Below are positions 39,098 through 49,631 of a stretch of DNA of 64,000 nt, piece by piece (within the stretch, counting starts at the first letter, position 1; each line of letters starts with the position of its first letter). The notes beneath the pieces are model-generated. The model did not search any database and had not been told where the DNA came from. It worked only from the letters and a program-made list of their open reading frames with translations. Source of the stretch: an uncultured Selenomonadaceae bacterium (GTDB taxonomy: Bacteria > Bacillota > Negativicutes > Selenomonadales > Selenomonadaceae); assembly GCA_965363355.1 (NCBI GenBank), contig CBDTTM010000001.1:5495-69494 (forward strand), given 5' to 3'. A program made the translations under genes and the position numbers.

Positions 39098-39856
39098 TTG
39101 GATGATGTGAGTATGATTGTTTTTTTGATGGTAATGGGATTTTTGGCATCCTTTGTTGATTCCGTTGTTGGCGGTGGTGGATTGATTTCATTGCCGGCTA
39201 TTCTTTTCACAGGAATGCCTCCGGTCCTCGCTTTGGGCACGAATAAGATTGCTGCAGTCATGGGGGCATTGACGAGCTTTGCGGCTTTTGTCCGTTCCGG
39301 CAAGGTCGATATGTCTTTGATCAAGATATTGTTTCCGCTATCTTTTATCGGTTCTTTGGCGGGCGTCATGATCGTGCGTCAGGTTCCACCTGATTTCTTG
39401 CGCCCACTTGTTGTCGTACTATTGATATCGGTGACGATCTATAGCCTTAAGCGCAAAGATTGGGGCACGACGTCCACTTATGGTGGATTGACTAAAAAAA
39501 TGCTTTATATGAGTGGTGTGGCAGCATTTTCTTTGGGCATCTATGATGGATTTTTTGGGCCGGGAACTGGTTCATTTTTGCTCTTTGCATTTCTTTTCAT
39601 TGGTTTTGATTTTATTGGTGCAGCCGCGAATGCGCGCGCTCTCAATTTTGCCAGTAACGTATCGGCTGCTTTGCTTTTTTCTTATTTTGGACTAGTAAAT
39701 TATCACTATGCATTGCCGATGGGTCTAGCGATGATCTGTGGTGCTTATTGTGGCACTAAAATGGCTATATCCAAGGGTGCCGCTTATATCAAACCTTTAT
39801 TTATAACAATGACGACCATTCTTATTGGTAAACAAATCTGGGACTTATTGAAGTGA
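39098..39856 (+). CDS. TauE/SafE-family (DUF81) anion exporter
   Basis: 252 aa, about 8 TM segments, GGGGLISLP and LGTNK motifs. Confidence 0.8.
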   Translation: MDDVSMIVFLMVMGFLASFVDSVVGGGGLISLPAILFTGMPPVLALGTNKIAAVMGALTSFAAFVRSGKVDMSLIKILFPLSFIGSLAGVMIVRQVPPDFLRPLVVVLLISVTIYSLKRKDWGTTSTYGGLTKKMLYMSGVAAFSLGIYDGFFGPGTGSFLLFAFLFIGFDFIGAAANARALNFASNVSAALLFSYFGLVNYHYALPMGLAMICGAYCGTKMAISKGAAYIKPLFITMTTILIGKQIWDLLK

Positions 39857-40019
39857 TTTAATTGTATAATTTTTGAAGAGATAAACCTGTAGGATCAATC
39901 GCTGCTGTTGGTTGATTTTATAGGTTTTTTTATATTTTTGTTAAAGTCATTGAAGAAAAGGATATTTTCAATTACAATAAGAAACAATAAATCATAAATG
40001 ATGATGACAGGGGGCGCTC

Positions 40020-40937
40020 GTGATGATCCAGGCGATTATAGATATAGGCTCTAATACGATTCGATTGGCGATTTACAAAATTGAATATGGGAAAATAGAG
40101 CTGATTATGAAACGCAAGAATATGGTCGGGCTCGCCGCTTATATAAAAGCAGATATCATGCAGCCTAAGGGCATTGCTAAAGCCTGCGAAATCCTCAATG
40201 AATACAAAGAATTTCTCAATGCCTTCAAAATCAAAGAGATTACGGCGTTTACTACGGCAGCTCTTCGCAATGTAAAAAATAGTCAAGAAGCTGTGCAGCA
40301 GATAACAGAGGAGACGGGAATCGCTATACGAGTGATTTCTGGCGATGAGGAAGCAGTCTATGATTTTATTGGCGCGACACATGATTTAAAAGATGACAGC
40401 GGGCTGCTGATTGATATCGGTGGCGCAAGTACGGAAATCGTGGTTTATGAAGACCATGAAATATGCAGCAAAATCAGTCTGCCGATAGGTTCTTTGGCAC
40501 TTCATACGAAGTATGTAGAGGGTTTTTTGCCGAGTTGCTTGGAAATAGAGGATATGCGTAAGGATATTGAGTCACTGTTGTCCTCGGCGCCCGAATTCAA
40601 GGAAATCCAGCATGCGCATATTTGCGGTATAGGTGGTACGTTCAAAGGAGCATCCGCTTTATACAATGAAATATTTAAAATGGGGCATGATAATAAATCT
40701 TTGCAAACAGAAAAGCTGGAGGAGATCATTGCTCGATTCAATCGCGATGCCAGTATGATTGAAAATGATGTATTGATTTTGATGCGAACGGTGCCGGATC
40801 GCATTCAAACGATTATTCCGGGACTTGTAATTGCCGATGTTTTGGCTAAGCATTTTGGCAGCGAACAAATTGATTATGCCGATGCTGGTGTACGCGAAGG
40901 TTATTTGTATGATCAGATCGTCAATGATGCAGAATGA
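40020..40937 (+). CDS. Ppx/GppA-family phosphatase (N-terminal actin-like domains only)
   Basis: IDIGSNTIRL, DIGGASTE and GIGGT motifs. Confidence 0.8.
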   Translation: MMIQAIIDIGSNTIRLAIYKIEYGKIELIMKRKNMVGLAAYIKADIMQPKGIAKACEILNEYKEFLNAFKIKEITAFTTAALRNVKNSQEAVQQITEETGIAIRVISGDEEAVYDFIGATHDLKDDSGLLIDIGGASTEIVVYEDHEICSKISLPIGSLALHTKYVEGFLPSCLEIEDMRKDIESLLSSAPEFKEIQHAHICGIGGTFKGASALYNEIFKMGHDNKSLQTEKLEEIIARFNRDASMIENDVLILMRTVPDRIQTIIPGLVIADVLAKHFGSEQIDYADAGVREGYLYDQIVNDAE

Positions 40938-40942
40938 AAAGG

Positions 40943-40976
40943 AGCTCAGGTTAGAATACCTGAGCTGTTTTTTTTA
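40943..40976 (+). terminator. intrinsic terminator
   Basis: Hairpin agctcagg-ttagaata-cctgagct followed by gT8. Confidence 0.7.
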
Positions 40977-41215
40977 TAAAAATACAATGGGGACAATCTT
41001 TTGTTGATTTTAGAAATTTTAGGATGGTTTGCTTAATTTATCGTGAAGCGGATTTTTTATAAAGCTTTTGCGGTTCGGTTGAAAAAGATGAAATGTCTTA
41101 TATAATGTGGGATTATGGACATTTTTATCGAAAAATGATATAATTAAGAGCTAATATGAACAAGGTATGTATAATTTTTTATATATTTTTAGGAAAATGA
41201 TTTTGAGGTGAGAAT

Positions 41216-43648
41216 GTGGATTTTGGTATAGGAAGAGTTTTACCGGTCAACATCGAAGATGAGATGAAAAATTCTTATATCGATTATGCGATGAGCGTTA
41301 TCGTTATGCGTGCGTTGCCGGATGTCCGCGACGGCTTGAAGCCTGTACATAGGCGTATTTTGTATGCGATGCAGGAAGCCGGAATGGCTTCGAATAAACC
41401 GTATAAAAAATCAGCCCGTATCGTCGGGGAAGTTTTGGGTAAGTATCATCCGCATGGTGATAGTTCTGTCTATGAAGCCATTGTGCGTATGGCTCAGAAC
41501 TTTTCTTCTCGTTACATGCTAGCTGATGGCCATGGGAATTTCGGTTCTGTCGATGGCGATTCGGCAGCAGCTATGCGTTATACGGAAGTTCGTATGTCAA
41601 AAGTTGCCGAAGCGATGCTTCAGGACATTGAAAAAGAAACTGTCGATTTTGTGCCGAACTATGATGAATCACTCAAAGAACCATCTGTTTTGCCAGCTAA
41701 ATTGCCAAATCTCTTAGTAAATGGATCTTCAGGTATTGCTGTCGGGATGGCTACGAATATTCCGCCGCATAATATGGTGGAAGTCGTCGATGGCGTATTG
41801 ATGATGATCGATAATCCTGAAATCACCATAGATGAACTGATGCTTTCAATCAAGGGACCGGATTTTCCAACGGGCGGGTTGATTCTCGGCCGCGAAGGGA
41901 TTTATTCGGCATATACGACTGGCCGTGGCATCGTCAAGATGCGGGCACAGGCTCGTATCGAAATGATGTCGAATGGAAAGCCTCGTATTGTTGTTACAGA
42001 GCTTCCTTATCAGGTGAATAAAGCTCGTTTGGTTGAAAAAATCGCTGAACTCGTTCGCGATAAAGCTGTCGAAGGCATAACGGATTTGCGCGATGAATCT
42101 GACCGTAACGGGATGCGCGTAGTCATTGAATTGCGTCGCGACTCGAACCCGGATGTCATTTTGAATCAGCTCTACAAGCATACGCAGCTGCAAGAAAGCT
42201 TCGGTATCATCATGCTGGCACTTGTCGAAGGCAAACCACAGGTCCTCAACTTGAAAGAAGTCTTGTATTACTACATCAAGCATCAAGAGGAAGTCATTCG
42301 GCGCCGGACGCAGTATGAACTAAGTAAAGCCAAGGCTAGAGCTCATATCTTAGAAGGTTTGACGATTGCTCTTGACCATCTTGATAATGTAATCAAAATG
42401 ATTCGAGAATCTCGTACGGCAGATGTTGCCCGTACGGCTTTGATGACGACGCTGAACCTTTCAGAAAAACAAGCACAAGCGATTTTAGATCTTCGTTTAC
42501 AACGTTTGACAGGTCTTGAACGTGAAAAAATTGAAGAAGAGTATCATGAAATACTCAAGACCATTGAATGGCTCGAATCTGTTTTGGCAGATGAAGCAAA
42601 GGTCCTCAATATCATCAAGGAAGAATTGACTGAAGTAAAACGTAAATTCGGCGACGAACGCAGAACGCGGATTACGGAAGATTTTTCGAAAATGAATATG
42701 GAAGATCTCATTGCTGAAGAAGATGTCGTCATTACATTGACACACAACAACTATATCAAGCGCATGCCGCTTGATACGTATAGAAATCAAAAACGCGGTG
42801 GCCGCGGCGTAACTGGCATGGGAACGAAGGAAGAAGACTTCGTTGAAAATATGTTGATTACGACAACGCATCATACGATTATGTTCTTTACGAACCAGGG
42901 TCGTGTATATCGCCTTAAAGGTTATGAAATCAATGAATCGAGCCGGACTGCCAAAGGAACAGCCATCATCAATCTCTTGTCGATGGAAGCCGGTGAAAAG
43001 ATCACAGCGGTCATTCCAATCCGTGAATTCATGGAAGGAAAATTCTTGTTCATGGCTACGCGTAAAGGGATTGTCAAAAAGACCGAACTCATGGATTTCG
43101 ATACCGCACGCAAAGGCGGTTTGATTGCCTTGACGCTTGATGATGACGATGAACTCATCGGTGTTAAGCTTACCGATGGCACTCGTCATGTAATCCTTGG
43201 GACTCGCGATGGTATGGCGATTGCTTTTGCTGAAGATGATGTCCGTTCTATGGGACGTACAGCACATGGTGTGCGTGGAATTCGCCTCAGTGATGAGGAC
43301 GAAGTCATCGGTATGGATAATCTCAAGAAAAATGCAGATGTGCTCTCCGTGACAGAAGCTGGTTACGGAAAGAGAACTCCTACGGGAGAATATCGCTCGC
43401 AGACTCGTGGTGGCAAAGGCCTGATCAATCTTAAAGTCACGGATAAGACCGGTGTTGTCATCGGCCTTAAAGTGGTAAGACCGGATCAAGAACTCATGTT
43501 GATCACGACAGAAGGTATTGTTATTCGGACGAATGTAGATCAAATTTCGGTAATCAGTCGCAATACGCAGGGCGTAATGCTGATGAAAACCGATACGAAT
43601 GACAAAGTGGCTTCTATGGCTACGATGGATCAGAAAAGCGATAGCTGA
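41216..43648 (+). CDS. gyrA: DNA gyrase subunit A
   Basis: [12 protein letters not shown], active-site region AAMRYTE, GyrA-box QTRGGKG. GTG start, 810 aa. Confidence 0.95.
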   Translation: MDFGIGRVLPVNIEDEMKNSYIDYAMSVIVMRALPDVRDGLKPVHRRILYAMQEAGMASNKPYKKSARIVGEVLGKYHPHGDSSVYEAIVRMAQNFSSRYMLADGHGNFGSVDGDSAAAMRYTEVRMSKVAEAMLQDIEKETVDFVPNYDESLKEPSVLPAKLPNLLVNGSSGIAVGMATNIPPHNMVEVVDGVLMMIDNPEITIDELMLSIKGPDFPTGGLILGREGIYSAYTTGRGIVKMRAQARIEMMSNGKPRIVVTELPYQVNKARLVEKIAELVRDKAVEGITDLRDESDRNGMRVVIELRRDSNPDVILNQLYKHTQLQESFGIIMLALVEGKPQVLNLKEVLYYYIKHQEEVIRRRTQYELSKAKARAHILEGLTIALDHLDNVIKMIRESRTADVARTALMTTLNLSEKQAQAILDLRLQRLTGLEREKIEEEYHEILKTIEWLESVLADEAKVLNIIKEELTEVKRKFGDERRTRITEDFSKMNMEDLIAEEDVVITLTHNNYIKRMPLDTYRNQKRGGRGVTGMGTKEEDFVENMLITTTHHTIMFFTNQGRVYRLKGYEINESSRTAKGTAIINLLSMEAGEKITAVIPIREFMEGKFLFMATRKGIVKKTELMDFDTARKGGLIALTLDDDDELIGVKLTDGTRHVILGTRDGMAIAFAEDDVRSMGRTAHGVRGIRLSDEDEVIGMDNLKKNADVLSVTEAGYGKRTPTGEYRSQTRGGKGLINLKVTDKTGVVIGLKVVRPDQELMLITTEGIVIRTNVDQISVISRNTQGVMLMKTDTNDKVASMATMDQKSDS

Positions 43649-43690
43649 TAAAATATAATATGTCTTGTCCGCTTTGGCGTGAGACGATGG

Positions 43691-43724
43691 AAAAGGCCGG
43701 GTGCATACGCATCCGGCCTTTTGT
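43691..43724 (+). terminator. intrinsic terminator after gyrA
   Basis: Hairpin aaggccgg...ccggcctt followed by tt. Confidence 0.6.
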
Positions 43725-43735
43725 GAGGTGAAGAT

Positions 43736-43954
43736 ATGATATTCCACGATATAGGAAAATTATTGATTTATTTGGGGCTGTTTCTCATCATCATCGGTTT
43801 ACTGTTTTATTTCGGTGGGAAATTTTTGCCGCTGGGAAAACTGCCAGGTGATTTCAATTGGGAAACTAGTAATATTTCGGTGCATTTTCCTGTTGTCAGT
43901 TGCATCATTATCAGTATTATCCTGACCATTCTGGCAAATTTATTTTTGCGTTGA
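43736..43954 (+). CDS. DUF2905-family small membrane protein
   Basis: 72 aa, two TM segments, central LPGD motif. Confidence 0.65.
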   Translation: MIFHDIGKLLIYLGLFLIIIGLLFYFGGKFLPLGKLPGDFNWETSNISVHFPVVSCIIISIILTILANLFLR

Positions 43955-43960
43955 GGTAAT

Positions 43961-43995
43961 AAAGAAGCAATTTTTAGGATTGCTTCTTTTTGTTT
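43961..43995. terminator. bidirectional intrinsic terminator
   Basis: Hairpin aagaagcaat-ttttagg-attgcttctt with flanking A/T runs. Confidence 0.7.
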
Positions 43996-45978
43996 TCAGA
44001 CCTTGAATTCAGCAATTACAGTTTGAAGTTCTTGGGCCAGTTCAGCTAGGTTCGCACTGGCATGAGAAATTTCTTCGGTAGAAGACTGTTGCTCTTGTGT
44101 AGCAGAAGATACTTGCTGGATGCCAGCAGTAGATCTTTTGCTGAAGCTATCCATGTTTTTTACGAGCCCAACGATATGTTGGGCGCTGCTATCGATGTGG
44201 CCAATGGATTCAGATATTTTTTGAATCTGTCCAGCTTGTTCATCAAGCAGCGATGATATCTCTTGGAAAGATCGTCCGGCCTCATTGACTGTTTCGGTAC
44301 CTTTACGGACTTCTTTTGTGCCAGATTCCATAGCAGTGACGGCTTGGATTGTATCATCTTGGATACTGGTGATCAATTCACTGATTTGCTTGGTGGCTGT
44401 CTGCGATTGTTCGGCAAGTTTTCGTACTTCTTCAGCAACAACAGCGAAGCCACGGCCTTGTTCTCCAGCGCGGGCAGCTTCAATAGCCGCATTTAAAGCC
44501 AATAGATTCGTTTGCCCGGCAATATTTGAAATAGCTTCGACAATTTGTCCTATTTCAGTAGATCGCTCGTTTAATTTGACGACCACAGCCGCTGAGGCAT
44601 TGACCGTTTTTTCAATATAGTCCATCTGGTTTACAGCTTTATCTAGCGTGTCACCACTGGTCTTGGCTTTTGCTTTGGTCTGGATTGAATGCGAAGATGC
44701 TTTATCTGCATTACTGGCGATTTGTTCTATGTTGGCAGCCATTTCTTCAACAATATGTGTTGTCTTACCAGCCGCCTCATTTTGCTTGTCAGCTTGTTCG
44801 CCGATAATGGCAATGGATTTGGCGACTTGTTCCGAAGCTTCGGCGGACTGCTCTGAGCTGGCGGTCAATTCTTCACTGGAAGCAGCTAACTGCTCAGATT
44901 GCATTTGCACTTTTTTTATCAGCGTGCGAAGATATCCGGCCATTTTGTTGAAATCTGTTGCCAATTGTCCGATTTCATCCTGGCTTGAGGCTTCGGCATG
45001 TACCGTGAGGTCCCCTTGTGCCAGTTGACTGACCTGTCCGGAAAGTATTTCAATGGGCTTTGCCAGGCGGCGACTGATATAAAGTGTTGTCAAGGCAACC
45101 AGTAAGATGGCAATCAAAGTGCCGATGCCAAAGAGCCAACGCAGGCCTGCCAGCGGGGCAAATGCTTTTTCTGATGGAATATGGACGGCTAAGATCCAAC
45201 CGGATGATGGGATTTTTTGATAGGTCAACAAAGTAGGCTGGCCGTTTATATCACAGTGGACGATTCCATGGTCTTGTTGCAGCATAGCTTGCCAAGTATC
45301 TTTTAAATCCTTGAGTTCGTCGACTGCTAAAATATTTTTGCCCATGATTTTTTCATCTGGATGGACGATGACATTTCCTTGAGAATCGAGTAAAAAAGCA
45401 TATCCAGTTTCATAAGGATTGATGGCTTTAATCGTATCAATCATGGTCTGGAGGAGAATGTCTTCGGATAGGACACCGCGAATTGCGCCAGAAGAGTCTT
45501 TGAGAGGCATAGCGACTGGCAGTGCCATTTTGTTGGTGACTTTATCGAGATATGGATCGGCGAAGACGACTTTTCCGGCGCCTATGGCAGCTTTATACCA
45601 AGAACGCGTTCGGGAGTCAAAATCAGCGGGGGCTTGCCAGCCTTTTCCATCGACAATTTCTCCGGTAGCAGCTGAGCCGAAATAGAGATCAGAGATTTCT
45701 GGGTCGGCTAGTTGGAAACCCGCTACCATAGGAATGGTTATCTGGGTTTTATCAGCTGTCGTTTGCAAAGTTCCTGCTGTGATTTCAAGCATTTTGACTT
45801 TACTTAGAAGCCAACCATCTAATTTATTGACTTGGGCTGAGGCGTAGGAATTTACTTCAGATTCTATACGCTGCGTTAAAAGCTCTTTGGTGTAAGAATA
45901 TGCGGCATAAGAGAGAATGAGAAGTAGTACAGCAACTAGGGTGGAAAATATTAGAGTAAGTTTTAGTTTTAGTTTCAT
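43996..45978 (-). CDS. methyl-accepting chemotaxis protein (dCache-type sensor, HAMP, MA domain)
   Basis: Start trimmed to M43 (ATG at 45978). TM, ~280-aa periplasmic Cache-like domain, TM, HAMP, then the highly conserved signalling hairpin ([37 protein letters not shown]). Confidence 0.85.
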   Translation of the reverse strand: MKLKLKLTLIFSTLVAVLLLILSYAAYSYTKELLTQRIESEVNSYASAQVNKLDGWLLSKVKMLEITAGTLQTTADKTQITIPMVAGFQLADPEISDLYFGSAATGEIVDGKGWQAPADFDSRTRSWYKAAIGAGKVVFADPYLDKVTNKMALPVAMPLKDSSGAIRGVLSEDILLQTMIDTIKAINPYETGYAFLLDSQGNVIVHPDEKIMGKNILAVDELKDLKDTWQAMLQQDHGIVHCDINGQPTLLTYQKIPSSGWILAVHIPSEKAFAPLAGLRWLFGIGTLIAILLVALTTLYISRRLAKPIEILSGQVSQLAQGDLTVHAEASSQDEIGQLATDFNKMAGYLRTLIKKVQMQSEQLAASSEELTASSEQSAEASEQVAKSIAIIGEQADKQNEAAGKTTHIVEEMAANIEQIASNADKASSHSIQTKAKAKTSGDTLDKAVNQMDYIEKTVNASAAVVVKLNERSTEIGQIVEAISNIAGQTNLLALNAAIEAARAGEQGRGFAVVAEEVRKLAEQSQTATKQISELITSIQDDTIQAVTAMESGTKEVRKGTETVNEAGRSFQEISSLLDEQAGQIQKISESIGHIDSSAQHIVGLVKNMDSFSKRSTAGIQQVSSATQEQQSSTEEISHASANLAELAQELQTVIAEFKV

Positions 45979-46123
45979 AAATCCTTCGACCTCCATGTTT
46001 CCGGTATTTGGGTACAAAAAAAGTGCAGGAGGGCATTGCCCTTCCTGCACTACATTGTACTCAATCGGTACAATCATTATATTTTTTTTAACAACTACTG
46101 TCAAGTATGGTCGTAGTTTTCAG

Positions 46124-47404
46124 TTATTGCGATTTACCGGCACTGTCGCTGATTCTTGGCGATGAAGCCGGTATAGCTGGCGAACTCGGCGTGCTTGGTG
46201 ATTTGCGTGAGGAATCACTCGTGTCACTGTCACTTGTCGACGGTTTGCGCTGCGCTGCATCGGTTGATGGAGCATCCGTTTTATTCGTCGTCTTTGCTGC
46301 CGGAGTCTTGGAGCTCTTTGTTTTTTCGGTTGAGGCAGAGGAAACGGCATGCCCGATGGAAGTATCATTCGATGGTACAGATGTTGCACCACTTGGAATG
46401 GAATTTTCGTACTCGGAGCTTTCTCTTTCCATAGCAGAGCGCATAGAGGAGTTCATTGTAATGCCGAGGTTCTCAGCTAAAGTGTTTCTGAGTTTTGATA
46501 TATCTGGAATCCAGTAGCTGATACCTTCTATATAAAGTGGTCTGCCCGGTACCATATCGGTTTTGAGTCCGTTCTTTTGGGACTCACGTAAAGTTCCGGC
46601 AAATTCCAGCATTTCTCGGATAGAAAGGTCTGTTTTAACAGACTTACTGATTTCGCTAATAATAGTAGGGATTTGTGGAATAATGGACGGAGATGTCAAT
46701 TTATCCATGATTGCTTTCATGAATTTTTGTTGACGATAAATACGACCAATATCGCCTTCCTCATCACGATAGCGAACGTAGGTTATTGCTGTTTTTCCAT
46801 CCATATGCTGCATGCCAGGGTGCAGATCAATTAAAAGGCCGCCTTCATCATCCCATGGATCGGAATAATACATGCGCTTTTCGACATCGATGTCAATGCC
46901 GCCAAAGGCATCAATGATGCGTTGGAAAGCCTGTATATTGATGATGATGTAATGGTCCATAGGTACGCCGAGAAATTTTTCAACGGTGTCTTGCGTGAGT
47001 TTATGGCCGCCGTAAGCATAGGCGGCGTTGATTTTATCAAAGCCATTTCCTTTGATTTTTACGCGAGTATCGCGCGGGATAGAAAGCAGCGATGCCTGAT
47101 CAAGTTTTGGGTCGATAGCGGCAATCATCAAGGTGTCGCTGCGGCCAACATCGTCATCACGTTGATCGACGCCCATGATCATGACCGTCGATTTATCTTT
47201 GGCAACGAGCATACCTTCTTCTGCTTTTTTTTCAATTGGTTTATCAAAAAATCCGGAAGAGGCAAATATGACGCCAGCAATGGCAGCTAGTACAAAAACA
47301 CCAGCTAAGACCTTGGGCCATAATTTCTTCTTCTTCTTTTTATTTTGGCGACGGGAGGGTATATTGTTATCCGGGTGATTCATAAAAAAGCATACCTTCT
47401 TCAT
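46124..47404 (-). CDS. LytR-CpsA-Psr (LCP) family protein with Ser/Thr/Pro-rich C-terminal tail
   Basis: TM anchor, LCP core (GVDQRDDDVGRSDTLMIAAIDP...SIPRDT...KINAAYAYGG), then ~110 aa of low-complexity tail. Start uncertain (M12 or M19 of the ORF-track call). Confidence 0.8.
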   Translation of the reverse strand: MKKVCFFMNHPDNNIPSRRQNKKKKKKLWPKVLAGVFVLAAIAGVIFASSGFFDKPIEKKAEEGMLVAKDKSTVMIMGVDQRDDDVGRSDTLMIAAIDPKLDQASLLSIPRDTRVKIKGNGFDKINAAYAYGGHKLTQDTVEKFLGVPMDHYIIINIQAFQRIIDAFGGIDIDVEKRMYYSDPWDDEGGLLIDLHPGMQHMDGKTAITYVRYRDEEGDIGRIYRQQKFMKAIMDKLTSPSIIPQIPTIISEISKSVKTDLSIREMLEFAGTLRESQKNGLKTDMVPGRPLYIEGISYWIPDISKLRNTLAENLGITMNSSMRSAMERESSEYENSIPSGATSVPSNDTSIGHAVSSASTEKTKSSKTPAAKTTNKTDAPSTDAAQRKPSTSDSDTSDSSRKSPSTPSSPAIPASSPRISDSAGKSQ

Positions 47405-47607
47405 ATTGTATTTGTCGGGCTTATAAAAATCGAGCAATTGTTTGCAGTTAAATTATATAGAAAACAATACATACGCTTTCCTTTAAAAACAACTGTATTC
47501 TCTATTATAAAATTTTATCTTTTTTAGCGCAAACATTATTTTTATTTACCCTAAAATGACGTGCGAATAAAGTATAGTCGGTGAAACTGAAAATAAGCTG
47601 AGAAATT

Positions 47608-48726
47608 TCAATCGAGCGTCTTGTTGAATTTTTTGATGGCAAGTCCTAGGGTCGCGGAAATGAAGAGGATCAAGGCGAGCACCTGTCCCCATAAAACGGT
47701 AAGGTCATTGCCTCGCAAAATGATGCCGCGGAGTATTTCAATGTAATATGTCATCGGTAAAAGCTGGCTCAGGAGATAAAAGAGCTTGGGCATGGCATCA
47801 CGAGGGAACATGAATCCAGATAGTAAGACGCTTGGCATAAAAATGAAAAAAGACATTTGCATAGCCTGCATCTGTGTCCGTGACAGGCTGGAAATCAGAA
47901 CGCCAAGAGCCAAGGATGCTATGATGAAAAAAGAGGTCAGTCCATATAAGAGACCAAGGCTGCCACGTATCGGCAAGTCAAATATGGCGATGCCGACGAG
48001 AAGTGATATCGTGGCTTGCACATAGCCCATGACAATATAGGGAATGATTTTGCCAATCATGAGTTCATAGGTTTTTAGTGGCGTGACGATGAGCTGTTCG
48101 AGCGTGCCGGTTTCGCGTTCACGCACGATGGCCATTGAAGTGATCATGACCATTGTCATCGTCAAGATGATGCCCATGATTCCAGGAACCATGTAATAAG
48201 CAGTGATGAAATCGCGATTGTACCAGGAGCGGATGCGGATGTCGTAAAGGCTTAAGGCGGAAGCTGAGATGTTATGCTGCTGTAAGAATAGTTCTTGCGA
48301 TTTGAGCTGTCCTATGGTTTGGGCAGCAGCAATAGCGGAAGATGCAGATGTCGAGTCAGAGGCGTCGACGATGACCTGGATCGGTGTTGCGTGGCTGTGT
48401 TTGAGGTTGGCGGCAAGGTCGGGCGGAATAATGATCGCCACCTTTGCTTTGCCGCTGTTGACCAAGGCATCTGCTTCATCGAAGCTCTGAGCGATATAGT
48501 CGATGTCAAAATACTCACTAGCGGTAAAGCTTGTCAGTAAATCGCGGCTTTCTGTGCTCAAGGATTGGTCGAAGACCACTGTGCTGAGGTGCTTTACATC
48601 GGTGTGGATAGCAAAGCCGAAGACCAAGAGCTGGATAATCGGCAGTAAGACCATGAGTGCCAGTGTCAGATTATCGCGTTTCATTTGGATGAATTCTTTG
48701 ATCAAAAGAGCGCGAAGCCGAATCAT
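47608..48726 (-). CDS. ABC-2 type transporter permease (YbhS/YbhR-like)
   Basis: 372 aa: N-terminal TM, large extracytoplasmic loop, then five C-terminal TM segments. Confidence 0.8.
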   Translation of the reverse strand: MIRLRALLIKEFIQMKRDNLTLALMVLLPIIQLLVFGFAIHTDVKHLSTVVFDQSLSTESRDLLTSFTASEYFDIDYIAQSFDEADALVNSGKAKVAIIIPPDLAANLKHSHATPIQVIVDASDSTSASSAIAAAQTIGQLKSQELFLQQHNISASALSLYDIRIRSWYNRDFITAYYMVPGIMGIILTMTMVMITSMAIVRERETGTLEQLIVTPLKTYELMIGKIIPYIVMGYVQATISLLVGIAIFDLPIRGSLGLLYGLTSFFIIASLALGVLISSLSRTQMQAMQMSFFIFMPSVLLSGFMFPRDAMPKLFYLLSQLLPMTYYIEILRGIILRGNDLTVLWGQVLALILFISATLGLAIKKFNKTLD

Positions 48727-49631
48727 AGGCGAACCTCCCTGCTTTTAGATTTTACATAATGGACGAAGACGTCCTCCATCGTCGGGGCGATTTTTCGGCA
48801 AATCCCGAAGTCTTTAAGTGCATCGGAGTTTCCTTGCAGCAGCACATGGAGCTCTTTGCCAAAAATATAGGCATCTTCATACGAAAAATCGGAGGCTTGG
48901 AGCCGGGCAAGGGTATCTAAGGAGTCTTCGCTTTGCAGGGCAAACAATTCCCCGGGGATGCTTTTTTTGAGTTCATAAGGGGTTCCGGTGGCGGTGAGCT
49001 GGCTTTGGTAAATAAAACCGACTGAATTACAATGCTCTGCTTCGTCCATAAAATGAGTCGTCACTAAGATGGTAGTACCGTTTTGGGCAAGGTTATAGAG
49101 AATATCCCAAAAAAGCCTTCGGGAGACAGGATCCACCCCACCGGTTGGCTCGTCGAGAAAAACGATTTCTGGTTGGTGTAAAATGGCGCAGCCAAGGGCC
49201 AGGCGTTGCCGGACTCCACCGGAAAGACCCGCGGTAAGAACATTTTCCTGGGCTTCCAGATTGGCCATTTGCAGCATGGCTTTTATGCGATGTTTTTTTT
49301 CAGTACCGCGAAGTGAATACATACCAGCATAAAAATCTAAGTTCTCTCTAATGCTAAGGTCTTGATACAAGCTGAATTTTTGTGACATGTAGCCGATGTG
49401 CTGTTTGATTTTTTCTTGCTCAGTAGAGATATCGAAGCCGAGGACGGTCCCCCCGCCAAAACTGGGGGTCAATATGCCGCAGAGCATGCGAATCGTCGTG
49501 GATTTTCCCGAGCCGTTAGGTCCGAGAAAACCATAAATCGAGCCTTGTTCTATTTGAATATTGACGTGGTCGACGGCGGTGAAATCACCAAATCGGCAAG
49601 TCAGATCGTGTGTTTCAATCGCAATTGGCAT
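48723..49631 (-). CDS. ABC transporter ATP-binding protein
   Basis: Walker A GPNGSGKST, signature LSGGVRQR, Walker B VFLDEPT. Start trimmed to M17 (ATG at 49631). Confidence 0.85.
   Translation of the reverse strand: MPIAIETHDLTCRFGDFTAVDHVNIQIEQGSIYGFLGPNGSGKSTTIRMLCGILTPSFGGGTVLGFDISTEQEKIKQHIGYMSQKFSLYQDLSIRENLDFYAGMYSLRGTEKKHRIKAMLQMANLEAQENVLTAGLSGGVRQRLALGCAILHQPEIVFLDEPTGGVDPVSRRLFWDILYNLAQNGTTILVTTHFMDEAEHCNSVGFIYQSQLTATGTPYELKKSIPGELFALQSEDSLDTLARLQASDFSYEDAYIFGKELHVLLQGNSDALKDFGICRKIAPTMEDVFVHYVKSKSREVRL

Noticed and set aside
28736-41215. tRNA-associated genomic island between gyrB and gyrA
   Set aside because: I considered this because of the tRNA-Pro and the broken gyrBA synteny. 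I saw no integrase, recombinase or transposase gene and no obvious direct repeat of the tRNA 3' end. I report it only as a synteny anomaly.
42497-43747. 416-aa ORF antisense to gyrA
   Set aside because: It lies entirely within the strongly supported gyrA frame. Its product is low-complexity (rich in Phe, Ile, Arg, His and Cys) with no recognisable motif. Long antisense ORFs are expected opposite highly biased coding sequence.
46107-46517. 136-aa plus-strand ORF opposite the LCP tail
   Set aside because: It is the antisense shadow of a Ser/Thr/Pro-rich low-complexity coding region.
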